DNA from: Pocillopora damicornis
Lineage: Eukaryota
Length of the DNA stretch: 64,000 bases
Direction of reading: 5' to 3'
Assembly: GCF_003704095.1 (NCBI RefSeq)
Contig: NW_020844146.1
Coordinates: forward strand, 62,001-126,000
Shown here: in pieces, positions 11,360 through 23,916 of the stretch
Position numbering within the stretch: the first letter of the stretch is position 1
Layout: the number at the start of each line of letters is the position of its first letter
Translations under genes and position numbers: made by a program
The notes under the pieces: generated by a model
The model's database searches: none
Told to the model about the DNA's origin: nothing
The model's input: the letters and a program-made list of their open reading frames with translations, nothing else

Positions 11360-14300
11360 TCAAATAAAACGAAAACTCCCACTGTACTTACGATTGGCTT
11401 CAGGAGGAGGTGATCCATCCCAAACAGTGTTCCTTTCTCCCTCAGTCGCTTCTTGTGCATCGCTGTCTAGTTCTGCAGCAGCACGTGACGCAAGGTAATT
11501 GGCAAGGGCTATGTAGATGTGCTCTCTCAAGACTGGATCAACGGAGGGCTCGGCGCTAGGAGGTACTGTAGTTATCACAATTGGGAAGATTATTTCGGTG
11601 TTGAAGGCCTTCTTCACGCGTACTTTAAACTACATAGAATTAACAATCAAAAAGTGTTGAATTGACATTGGAGAGAACCATTTATCAGGTGTAACCGTGT
11701 CGGATAGTTTACCTTCATAAAAGGAAGGAGAACAATTAAAGTGAGAAGTAAACAGAAAAGCAGCATGGAACATGAGTTTTTCTTCCCGCGGCAGTTTTAC
11801 GTCAACTGAATCAAAGTGGTCGGAAAAGGGGCTGGAAGTTGCACGCATTAGTGCTCAGCTGACTTACATTGTGTCTACTCGAGCTAAAAAGCGCCATTGC
11901 TGCCTTACTAATTTTCCTAGGTAGCTGGCGGTCCTGGGTTTACTTTAAAGCCTTAGTAATGAGCGATGGAGCTAGAAGATTGGTAAGAGACGCCTGGGAC
12001 GGAAAACGGGGGGGGGGGGGGGGGGGGAGAAACTATTTCATGTCCCTAGCTTCCCACGGCTTCACCGCGCGTTTTCGCGACTGTGCCGCTCAAAGTACCC
12101 ACAATGCTGTCAATGGCAAAGGTTACTGATGGTGATACCGACTCATCGGGAGAAAAAAGTTCCAAGGAGGAGCCTTAAAACGCAAAGGAACAATATCTGT
12201 AAAACTCTGGCCATGAAAAATACCCCTTCAACTATACCCTGTGAGACAAGCACTTACCCTGATTGCGTAAGAAATGTCAATACATCCGAATCCTTTAGTC
12301 GTTGGTTGTACAGGTGGAATGACGAAAGAATCAAGCTCGACATTGGTTTGATCTCCAGGTGCTAGTTCTTGTTCTTTCTTTAGGATGTAAAGCTTCTCTG
12401 TTACTTTACGTGTTGTAGCTAAGCAAAAAGGCAAACAGACAAAACTTAATCAAGGTATCTTCAAAAATGAAGCCACCATAAAAATATCCGAGCATCATCA
12501 TCATTTTCCCGATAAATGAACTTAATTTCTACGAGGGCTTAGGGATGAATGGTTGACAGTGTGGAGAATCAGCAATAAGACATTGGGAGTTAAAGGATTT
12601 TAAAAAAAAATTTTATGAACGTAGAACAAAACACGTTACATACCTGGTGAGGTCAGATAGGCCCGTAGATTGGGAGTAGAAACTTCCCTGCCCCTTAATC
12701 CCTCCTTCAAATTTTTCAATGTTTCATTCCCTGACCTCTAACATCCTAAGATCAGTATGCAATTTTCCATACTCCTCCCTATTCATTTCCCTTGGTACTC
12801 AAAAGAGAATTGGTTGCAAAATCGAGAGCTCCTTTCGTGGCGATCATTTGCTTCTTTTTCATGAGCTTAATGTCACTTTGAATTAGAGGCGACACTGTGA
12901 GGAGAAATTAGATGCTTGCCGCTTCTATTGGTGTAAAAGTTAATCCTTACCTTCCGGTGCCTTGTATAGCACTGTCTGTACCAGTTGCGCTTCAAAACCG
13001 ATAACTGTTTTGCTGCTTTCATTATTAACATGCCCAGATATCTTGACCTCCTGACCAGGGCAATAAGCAAGACGTTCTATGCGGGCTTTGGTGTGCAGCT
13101 GACCTGAAGGGCAACATGGCCATCCCAACATACGATCTTCTTGTTTCACTCTTGGTTCCTGTCGACAACAAATGATCAGAGAGTATCCAAAACGTGGTGA
13201 GCGATCGCCGACATGATTACCCTAGGACTTTCAATTTTGATTTCTTTCTTCCTTCGTGAAATCAATTATAAAATCAAACATTTCTTCTTAGGAAAACGTG
13301 CAGCATATGCCGTTATTCAATAGAACCAAAGAGTCATAGGGCAAAGAAAGAATCAGCAATGTGATCATACATCATGTTCAGGACTAAAGACAGTCCGTTA
13401 TACAATGCCTCATGCACTAGGGGAAACGAAAATGTAAGGGATTCTAATTTGGGTTTGTTTTCGATGCGCAAAGATAAGTTGCGGTGGCTCCCCCCTCGAA
13501 CCACATCTAGAAGAGTTCCCTCTTGGGCCTGAGCCAGTACTTACCAGGAATTCTGGATTCCTAGTCTGCACGCGCTCGACAATAACTAGCGGTGTGCGGG
13601 TATTGAGGTCAATTCTCCACGGTCGCTCCACCACAGCGTCTAACCAATATCGTACACTACCGTAGGTACCTTCAAATGATGTTGGTAATGCGGACACAGG
13701 AAGTGGGAATTGAAAAGGGAAATTGTAGTTTCCAGGTTGAAGCTTTACGTCACTTCCGTTTTGGAAAGGTGCTATAAAGAAAATAAATTAAACGTTAGTT
13801 TGGATCGAAATGAATAAGATTAAGGTCAAATTAATAAATACAGATATTTTCAGAATATGTTAAACGCTGCCGAGGAGTTGATGTAAGAAATTGTAACGCG
13901 CTTTTATTGGTTTGATTGATCGCCAATTCGCCAGTATTAACTGTCGGGGTTTTTTTCCTTTCTCTTTCGAGATTCGATCGACCAAGCGCTGATGGGTCCA
14001 GAAAGATAATTTAATTTCATCTAGCTCTTGAAGAACGACCTTCCAAGCAAGCAAAGTTATCGAATAGCTACATCCTTATCAAAAGGTTGAGAAAACTGAG
14101 CTGATCGTGATTCTACCTCTTTCCACTTTTTTAGTTATGTCTAATGATGAAAAAGGGAATGGAGACACTGAAATCTATTTTGAATGTTTAGTGTGTCACT
14201 ATTGCCATTCTCATGAAAAATCAAATTGAGAATTTTCGGAGTCTTGATCTACCTGCTACTTATCTCTTTGATTAACTGTTATGGCTGCTTGAAAATGGGC

Positions 14301-15414
14301 CTTTAATGAGACAGTAATTTTTTTAAGAAGAAAACGCATCTGTTGTTTTAATATTTGAATTTGGGATTCTAGTGCTTCAAAGAAAAAATAATCTTCGTTT
14401 TGCATCTTCAAACGAGAAAATTTAATCAGTTTTCTCTCACAAAGGTGTTTATTGAGAAGCGTCAGAAAAACCGAGTAAGAGCGATTTTGTCCAGAGCACG
14501 CGAGAAAGTGCGAGGCCGCCAAGGGGTCTGTGAGGGGTCTGGCACTAAGCCTCATACTGATCAAACAGGGAAAGCTGACATAAACAATCTAGTTGGCACA
14601 CTATCGCGGTCGAAACATCAATTTGTGGGGTAACGCATCTACATTATCAAACAGTTTTTCATTTTCTTTAATTTAAATTAAAATTTTCTGTAACGCTGAA
14701 AATGACTCAATTAATTGGACTTTGGAACGAAAAAATGCTTGTCTTGTTTCGTGTTTCTTGAGACGAAAATCCCTTTTTAGCAATTCACTTCTTCAGGAGG
14801 ATCGTTTGTGGGGAAGGAAACCGTTAAGTTAATGGAAAAAAATATTAAACAAACAACAGAACTTGGACTACTCCCGCATTTTCTCATCCGAATTCAAATT
14901 AGCAGCTACTTAACGATACGAAAATGAAATTAGGCTCGAGCGCGAAAGCTTGCAAAGGCTGGGTTTTCTTTCACTGTTCGAAACCCTTTCACACTGAGGG
15001 CTACATTCATACTTACCGGCAAAAAGTTGTTAAAAAAAAGATATTCAGATCTCAGGGTAGTGTTACAACAATGAATATTTTGAAAGACGAGTGACTGATT
15101 TGTGTTCGTCGTAAGTCTAACTAGTATGTTGCTAATTTAAAATGTTAAATTTTGAAAGTAGTCCCTCATAACACGGAGAAAATCTTACCTCTTCCTAGAA
15201 GAATTGACTGAAAGCTCAGATAGTTTTCTCTTCTGGCATAGGTGACTTTACCTGAACGAATACGCACATGCCCTACACCATGCAGCTCAACACGAACACC
15301 TCTCAGATTAATTTCTTTGTTTGTATTCAGAAGCAACACGCCAGAAATTGTATCGCCGGGCTGAAATACTCGTTTGTCTCCGGTAAGAGCGATTGCAAAA
15401 AGATTCGCCATCAT
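11360..15414 (-). CDS. Alpha-arrestin (arrestin domain-containing protein) paralog 1
   Basis: Exons 15414-15189, 13771-13545, 13158-12951, 12418-12258 and 11629-(11392 or stop at 11360); possible extra last exon at ~10856-10783. Arrestin_N/C motifs VFQPGDTISG, PGNYNFPFQF, LPTSFEGTYGSVRYW, AYCPGQ, CIDISYAIR. Confidence 0.9.
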
Positions 15415-15904
15415 TCATCACTTCCTTTGAAGAAGTTTATGCGAGCAGCTTGTTGACACGTTATCGAGACAGCGAAAGAACGCTTCCTCGCTTTATCAAA
15501 GCAAAACAATGGCTGCCACATAGGACAGGGGAAAGGTTATCATTGCGTGACCTTTCGAAACTTATAATTTGGGTAATCATGCGTCAAAGATTTGAGAGTT
15601 TTAAAGTAAACCTTATATTTAATACTTATCATCTTTAAGTTTTCAACCAATTTAAATTCAAAACAGCTGTGGGAAAATATTTATTTAAAAAATATGTTTT
15701 ACAAAATCATATTGAATGCTCCTTTCGTGACATTTTTTAACCAATCGAATCATTATTGATTGACAAATGTCAAACCTGTCAAATGTCATGGTTTGTTGAC
15801 TGTTCTCCAGTCCTCCCCTGGTCTATGCGCGTTTGCTATGCCATTAAAGATATAGTAGTTTTCCTGGGTGATCTTCACAATTTGGATTTGTGAGGATCTC
15901 AGAG
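15415..15904. promoter_or_regulatory. Probable bidirectional promoter region (alpha-arrestin 1 / XRCC4)
   Basis: Divergent start codons ~490 bp apart; CCAAT boxes at ~15647 and ~15741. Confidence 0.55.
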
Positions 15905-18900
15905 ATGCCGCAGAATTTTACCAGAATCACAGCTGAAGATGTTCAATATTATCTTCTTGTAGAATTATTTGACCAAGGCAAAGATGGATTCGACCTCACC
16001 GTTTGCAATGGCGATCACGTTTGGCGCGAAACAGGTAAATAGTCTGAAAATATGGAACCAATTATCATCTTGATGAAGGATTCCTCTTTATTCAGCCATG
16101 TATCTTGTTTAGAATCTGGAAATATTGGCAATACGCTTGCATTTTTGGTAGTCAATTTACTGGTTCCTTTTGTAATTAGTTCAGACAACCTGATTCAGGT
16201 AAGGTCTAATTAGGAAAATGACAACAAGTTTAACTGAATAATGGCTGTAAATATATGAAAATCATATATGTCCACTGCGGTTGAAGAAACGAATATAGAA
16301 GCGATCCTCGCAGCTATGAACACTACTAAACTAGTAGTTGAAAACAAGGTCTAAAAAAAAATCCCACCCCATGGACCATGATACCCCCTGTCTGTGTTTG
16401 TGACAGTTGTAGTATCCACTTTGCCTTCACAGCCAATCATGTTGGCTGCTGTTAATTGTATTCACTTAAAAGTCTAGGAAGTGAAGTTTTTCTGCCATAA
16501 ACCATGCTGAAAACCCCTTTGGAAACATATGCTGTATTACAGAAGGTTCCAGTGCTCTTTTCCTCATTTATCATAATATGATTTCAATTCCTTTTTTTTT
16601 TGGTTGTTGTGCTTTTGTTTTTTTCTACTTTGAGATATTCAATGTGACAGTGACTGATGGCAGCTTTAGATAAAATTGAAAATATGGCTCTGAATCTCAG
16701 GTGATGACTGAGATCATTTTTAACATCAACAGCATCTTTAGTTGGTGATTATTTCTATTGTTATCATGAACTTAATGTGCAATTCAGGGGAGATGCTGTG
16801 AGGAGAAATTAGATGCTAGTCACTTTTAAGGATTTACTTATGTTGTTTATTTTTTCAAGTTGATTCATTGACAGTTGAATCTATGGCAAAGACTGCTGAT
16901 ATGAGTGTTACTGAATTTGCTGATCAAACAAGCAGAGCACTGACAGGCCAGACAACAAGTCAGGATAATTTTGTCTTTCAAGCCAAGCCTAAAGAGACAA
17001 AGTTACAGGTTGGATAAAACCTTTTGAGGCATTTTTGATTAATTACATTTGGGTATCTTTAGATATCTGTTACAAATGACTAAGATGGAATAAAACTGAG
17101 TAGTTGATTAAGCTATTTCCATTTCCTGAATTTCGATAAGAATAGAAACGGTAAGTGATTGATACAGACTTGATGTGGTGAGATGCTGAAAAAAGCTTTG
17201 TTCCCACAAGCCAGATTTTTGTTTTATTTTAGAAGAGAAACAGCAACATAAGTTAATATATATTTAATTTTTGTAAGCCCAGCTTTTTTAAAAGTTCAAG
17301 ATGGCTTGAAACTCTCACTGGAAAAAGATAACGGAGGTTCTAAAACAGCGTGATGTGATTTACAAACTAAGCATGTAAGATCTTCAAAATATATTATTGA
17401 TATGTGTGCCAGAAGGAGAAGCAGTAAATTTAGATGTTATCTACAACCTACTATAGATTCTGATTTCTCAATACTCAAGTCCAAATACTTTACCTTAAAG
17501 GGTCTTTTATCCAATTAAAAAAATTTTAGCTTTCCATTCAAATAACACGAAGAAAGGCAGGGAAAAGTATGCTGGGTACGAATGCAATGTTAGGGAAAAC
17601 AGAACCAGTTATGGTTTATCAGGATTGTCAGCAACTTGACTTGAGGGAAACTACAGATAATGAGATATCTTCTAATGATTTTTTTGCTTTTTAGTTCTCT
17701 TGGAAGATGCATATTGGTGATGGTGTTAAGGTAGTGAAAAGTTCAAAAGTCCTACAGACTTAGTATTGTTCATAAACAGTAATGATTAATGTATATTCAA
17801 GGTGTTCACAGGGGATATATTAAGGCCTAGATAAACTAAAGATATAATTATTTAATAACTGCATAAATAAGATTGAATTTTATTTACACATACATGTATA
17901 TGACACTTCATTGTTGACTTAAGATATGTATTTTTTGAAATTAATATACATACATTATTCTGTCTCATTCCAGTTTCAACTGGGTTCTCTGACTTTGCCA
18001 AAAGTTAGTGACAGTGTTCAAGTAATCAAGAACATGTTTGATCTGGCTGTAAACCAGATGACACAGTTAAAGGTAATTGTAACTGATGTGTAATTTACAT
18101 TTAAATGAAACTGAAATGAATGACTAATGCTCTCTTTGTTACCTGAATATAAAATTAACAGATATAGAATGGCACTAGATGGCAATTGTTTTCATAGACT
18201 TGGACTGCATGATACTTCATCCTCTAGAGTCCATTAACCCTTTAACTCTCAGATCAAATTTGTAATTCTCCTTACTGTCAACCATACAATTATTATGTTA
18301 GTTCAGAGAATTTAGTATTGAGTCAACTTATTATTTCCAAATTGATATTTTTCTTTGTTCTCATCACTTATCTGGTTGATATTGTATTAATACTGTAATG
18401 AGAAATTCTGTCTTGGTTACTTATGGGAGTTAAAGGGTTAAGTTTCACTAGCACATTTAAGTTACAAAGTAGAGCCACCCCCTCTCCCCCCCTGTCACTG
18501 TAATTTGTCTAACTGTATACTGATAAGTTGCAGTGCCCATTATACACCTGGGTGTGGAAACGCTCTCTGACTAAAGTGTGTTGTGCAAGAACACAACATA
18601 AAGATCAGGCAAGGGCTAATGAATATAGACTTATGCAAGCCATTTAAATTCCAGCTTACCAACCGCTAAGCTATGGCATAAACTGTCATAATTTAGGTCT
18701 CTTTTTCAAGAACTCTAATTAATGTAATCCCCATTGCAATAATTGTACTTGTGAAAATGAAAGATATAAAATAGCAGATTGGTAGCTATTTTTTCCAGTA
18801 GATTTTATTGGCAACTTGTTCATGTGTTCATACATGTATGTTTATTATCTTTTAGCAAGAAATGTCATCTTTGAGATCTGACAATACCAGATTATCTTCG

Positions 18901-21900
18901 GAGAGAAAAGATACCCTGAAGGTTAGCAGTCTTATTTAACACTTTAACCCTTAAGAGTGACTGACTTCTAATTTCTACTGGCATTCAAGAGTATCACTCA
19001 TGAATCAAGTGTAAAGGTCATAAGAACAAAGCAGATAATCATTTATTTAAGCAGCTTTTGATTTTCCTTGTTGGTACCATAAGAAATGTAGAGAGGTGAC
19101 AGTGTAGAGAATATGAATTCTAATCTTAGGATGTACACGGTTAAATCTAAAGCGATTGACTGATTGATTGACTGACTGGATAGTTTTTTTTAATGATTGA
19201 TTGAACCTCTACTTCTATACAATAACTGTATAATTATTTATTAATTTAATCACTTTGATTAACTTAACATTATATTTTTTCAGCTTCTTGAGAAATGTGT
19301 CACTGCCAAAGAAGAAATGGAGAAAGATTTATTTGAAAAGGTTATTAAGGCTGTGACTTACTTTAATTTATTATCAGTAAACAGGAGAGTCGTTCCAGTT
19401 CTTGAGCATGTTTTTAGCTCTTCCTCTCCAAAGATCTCAGAGTCTCTGTCTATCACGAATTTTTTGTGATGATTTTAGCAAGTGTTTGAAAAGGTATTCA
19501 TATTATTAGAATAATTATTTTTAGGCACTTCTAGACTTAAAAGGGTTGCTTTGATATTTACTGGTATTTGGCCATTTGAAAGTTAAGATTTGTCATTGTT
19601 AATCATTTTTTATTTATTATTATTATTACTTATTGTAATTGCAGTTTGCAGCAGTGCTAAATGACAAGAAGAGCAAGATAAGGCAATTGAAGGAGCAAGG
19701 TTTGTTCACCTTGTGTTAACTGTAGATGGAATTCTGATTTTTGTAAAATGATAACAATTCTTTATTTGTTTATATCCATGCAAATACTGCAGTAAAAGAG
19801 GCTTCTTCTTCACAGCCAGTACAAGGTAAAGTGTACATAATGAAATAAATAATAATTTATGATAGTTATTTCTTATAAATCTATTACATGACTTTCCTTG
19901 ATTGGAAAATGAACTTTTCCAAAAAAAATGTGACATTGAATAATTTATGCTTGGTCAGCTCTCTTGCCTGCAGTTCTTAAATGTTAACTTCACAGTAGCT
20001 TATTAGGGGTAATTTTCTAAAGGAACTGAGTTGATAACGTAAATCGTAATGAGTTTCCAAAGTGTCACACCAGCTTAGCCTACCAGCAAATTTCTCTCAC
20101 AAGACAAATCTAAACTTTGCCTTACAGGCATATAAGTTTGGAAAGTTGACCAGCACACCAGAAATCTTTAGTAGACATCCAAAGTTGAACCTTCAATTTT
20201 TCACTGTTAACAGAAATACTGGTACTCAATTTCATTGCAAATTAGATTTGCCTCTAATTTCTTTGTTTTTAATTATATTAACCTTCAAATTTTCAAGATA
20301 TGTCGCAGTTTTTCTCATAATATAATTATTATACTTTTCCCCAGGTAATAATGAATCACTAGACTTAGCCAACAGAAATAAAGGAAAATCTAAAGGTACA
20401 GCCATCAGGTATAAAGCAGTTACTTTAGTAATAGACTGACTGTGAGAATGCATTTTGATTTTGCTTCATAAAACCAAATCCAAAGTAATACTAATGGTCA
20501 ATTGGAAAGAAATATCACAAGAAGGTGATCCAAAAAAACAAAACAAGCCAAATGTCCAATGTTCAGGAAAATGCCAGTGAACTAGTCAAAAATGGTTTTA
20601 GTTTTGTATCTGATTGGTTGAGAAAGTGGCATGTCTATTGAGTTTTCTGCACAGATCATGTTGTGAAATAAAGCAAAACCCAGGCAATCCTATATTACTT
20701 TGGGCACTCAGATGAAAATTGCTTTTAATTAATAATGATGGCTTAATTTTTAATGAAAGAAATGAGGTGATATTTGTCACTTAAGATAATTTAATTAAAA
20801 AAGAGGCTCTCTTTTCATGTGTTATTTTCAAAGGCAAGAGGATACTGGTGATGACACAGACATTGAAAAAACAGATACAGAGGATGTAAGCTAAAGATTT
20901 TACATGAAGGGTTACTTTTTTGTTCTATTTTCATTTTAAATTAAGTACAAATTGACTCTAAATCTTAAATCTTGATTTGAGTTGGTTCTTCCCTTAGCAA
21001 AGGATGTTGATGGGAAAGGCTTTGCTCCAGTAATCATGCCATCTGTAATTAAAACAATATATTAATAAATACATAATGATATAGTTATAATATGATGGTC
21101 AGTCACTTGAGTTAGTGGCAGTCTTAAGCAGCTTTTCTTGCAAAAACAGCCTTTGAAAGCATCTCATGATCATTTTATTTTGTCTTTAACCCTTTAACTC
21201 CCAAGATCTGATTGTTAATTCTCCCCTCTAGCTGCTACACATTTCCATGTAAATTAGTTACGAGAACGTGGTGCTAGATCAAGATAGCCGCTTCTACCTG
21301 ATAAGCTCGAATATTCTCATTACCTTTTTGCTGAATAATGTATGGGTGTTATAGGGAGAAGTTTCATGTTCATAACATCTGGGAGTTAAATGGTTAACAC
21401 TTGACTGCAGGTTTTACAGTTCTTGTTACTTACTCTAGTTGACACTTCACTTTTTATTATTGTTTGACATTCATCACCATAAGCAGCAATTACAGTTTGG
21501 GTAAAAGGTTGCTTAACCCTTTAACTCCTGGATCAAATTTGCAATTCTCCTTACTGTCAACCATACAGTTCTTATAATGTTAGTTCAGAGAATTTAGTAT
21601 TAGATCAACTAATCATCCCCAAATTGAGATTTTCATTATTCTCAACACTTATCTGGTTGATACTGTATTGATATTGTAAGGAGAAATTCTGTCTTGGTCA
21701 CTCATGGGAGTTAAAGGGTTAAGTGGCACATTGGATGTGAATTTTTTTTCCCTGTAGTCACCTATCTCTGAACCTGTGAGAGGAAGGAAAAAGAAACCAA
21801 TGTCTTTGTCTACACCATTAAGTCAAGCTTTGTTACCAGATGATGAAGATGAAGGAGTTGTACCAACTGTGAAGAGGTAATATTTGGAAAAGAAAAACAA

Positions 21901-23194
21901 AAAGTAGGTATATTGTTATTGGAAGCTAAAGGATGGAGAAAGAAATACTGAAAAGACTGGTGACAAGTATTGGTAATATAGGGAGGTTATATTGAGTGTC
22001 GAAAGGAATTCAAGATGTCTTTCTATTGGTTTTGTTTAACCATTTTCCTTCGTAGAGTTAAAAGCGTCTAATTTCTCCTTAAAATCTCATCCCTGAATCA
22101 AACATTAAGTTTACGAGTATAAAGGAAATGATCACCAATTGAAGAACCTATTTTTTTGACAATTTCTGCTCATCAGCACTATAGGAAATGTATAAAGAAC
22201 AGTATGGAGGAAATACATATTGTTGTTAGGGTGTAAAGGGCTAAAAGTCGTTCTTCGTACCAAAAATAACCTACGGATTTTTTGCTGGCGTTCTCTCACG
22301 TTTCAGGCAATTTAAGTGTCCTTCTTTTGTGATTTTTCTCCTGGTTCTTATTGGCAGTTATGATTACTATGGTTATGGTTTGAGGACACTCAATTGGGAA
22401 GCACTCTTGGGTTAATCTAAATTCTGTTTTCTTTTGTTTGTTTGTTGGTTTTTTTCAGGCGCCGTAGAAGGAAACCTACAGAATCCCCTGCAGCAAAGCT
22501 AATACTTCCCAAGGTACCCTCCGTCAGGAAGACGCCTAGCAGTTCCTCCGGGGAGAGGTGGGGGTGATTAACATTAAGACAAGTTGAGATGTTAGTCTTT
22601 GAAGGACGATGGGAAACAAGAGGCATACGTTTTGAATTTCGTTATTTTAAATTTCCACCAAACTGGATACGTGAATGTTAAATGTCTGCTAAATTTCAGC
22701 TAATTCTGTCGCGGTTTGTAAACCACAAGCCGCCCCTCCTTTTCGGCTTAAATCTGTCGCACGAGTCAAAAAAAAATAATAATAATAACAGTAAAACAAT
22801 TAATAATTGTAGAAAAAATGATGTTAGCGCGTCGCGCAGAACTCTTGGAGTCATGCGCATGAAAAGTAGTCCCAACTTCCCGTGAGCCTCACTCCCAGAG
22901 TTCTACGCGGCGCACTAACATCAACTTTTGTCGCTGGTTTTTTTTAGACTCGCGTTAAGGAAAGAGATGGACTACTCCTAGTCCACGCGGTTTATGAAGC
23001 GCAAAGCTTTCACTGGTGTCGCTCTTCCTTTCACCCACACTTCTTACTGTTTTGACAACACAAACAGCTTCAGACGCGCACGTAGTAGTTACATCTTTTT
23101 ATCTTGCAGTTTGACTTCAAGTCGATCTCGCCTTCGTCAGCGATCATCAGACACATTACCTCCTGATGCGGAAGATTTGATGGCTGAGATGTAA
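15905..23194 (+). CDS. XRCC4: DNA repair protein XRCC4 (NHEJ), 12 exons
   Basis: Exons 15905-16034, 16860-17008, 17695-17730, 17974-18072, 18856-18921, 19284-19340, 19645-19699, 20345-20408, 20834-20885, 21758-21876, 22459-22557 and 23110-23194, all GT-AG and in frame. GFDLTVCNGDHVW, VKFQLGSL and LEKCVTAKEEMEKDLFEKFAAVLNDKKSKIRQL (cf. human [30 protein letters not shown]); basic NLS KRRRRRK; C-terminal EDLMAEM*. Confidence 0.93.
16243..16362 (+). mobile_element. Fragment of the tRNA-related SINE-like repeat (same family as 35037-35445 and 37580-38047)
   Basis: CTGTAAATATATGAAAATCATATATGTCCACTGCGG...GCGATCCTCGCAG...AACACTACT...AGTAGTTGAAAA. Confidence 0.65.
18234..18441. mobile_element. piggyBac-like MITE (TTAA target, CCCT termini)
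   Basis: TTAACCCTTTAACTC...GAGTTAAAGGGTTAA, ~210 bp, near-identical to 21513-21722. Confidence 0.85.
18936..19144. mobile_element. piggyBac-like MITE, diverged copy
   Basis: TTAACACTTTAACCCTTAAGAGTG...AGGATGTACACGGTTAA. Confidence 0.6.
21186..21397. mobile_element. piggyBac-like MITE
   Basis: TTAACCCTTTAACTCCCAAGATC...GGGAGTTAAATGGTTAA. Confidence 0.8.
21513..21722. mobile_element. piggyBac-like MITE
   Basis: TTAACCCTTTAACTCC...GGGAGTTAAAGGGTTAA. Confidence 0.85.
22819..22923. repeat. GC-rich hairpin/inverted repeat in the last XRCC4 intron
   Basis: 33-bp arms TGATGTTAGCGCGTCGCGCAGAACTCTTGGAGT and ACTCCCAGAGTTCTACGCGGCGCACTAACATCA, 4 mismatches. Confidence 0.75.
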
Positions 23195-23916
23195 AATAAA
23201 TACGACTCATGTGGCTCATGGAATGGAGATGTCTTACGACAAGACATTGTAAACTTTAATCTCTCGCTCACCAATAACACAAATTGATTCAACGTTTGTT
23301 AAAAATGGGAATAAAACGTTCTGAAGCCTAATGTTGAAATTCTTTGTCACAACCCCCCTGGTATGGCTTAACTTCCGCAATGTGGCACCTCTGTAACGAA
23401 AACTATTTTTGAAATACTTTGTGCTTGGTAATAGAACATAAGTTTTTTCTCGGAGTCCCTTAGGTTGTAACTTTATTGCGTTAAGAGAATTTCGAAGTTG
23501 AATAGTCCGGAGCTAACCCATGTAGGCATTTGAATACCATGGTGAAATAAACTAACTTGTGGAACAGACATGCACATCCCCTTAACTAACATTAAAAACG
23601 GCTGAATGTGGATGCTTTTTCATACAAAGAGCAACGGCATTTTGATCAATCAGTCAATTAAGCTTATTATGGCAAATGTGCACCGCCTCTGGATGGGCGT
23701 CGAAAGGATTTTCTTGAAGGGGCTTCTTCGTCGGAAATTTATCGACAGGAAGATTGATTATTCAGCAATAAATCATCTTTTTTTTCTCAGTTTTTCTGTA
23801 ACCCTAGGACCTTATCAGCTATTCCTACAAAAATAGCTTTTCCCGTCAAAATTCTTGGATCAGTCATAGAGGAGACTTACAGAAAGTTATAAACTCTGTC
23901 TTTGGGGATAGGATGC

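Noticed and set aside
5250-23194. Functional aprataxin-XRCC4 repair cluster
   Set aside because: The HIT-like protein lacks the FHA and zinc-finger domains and the full triad; proximity alone is not evidence.
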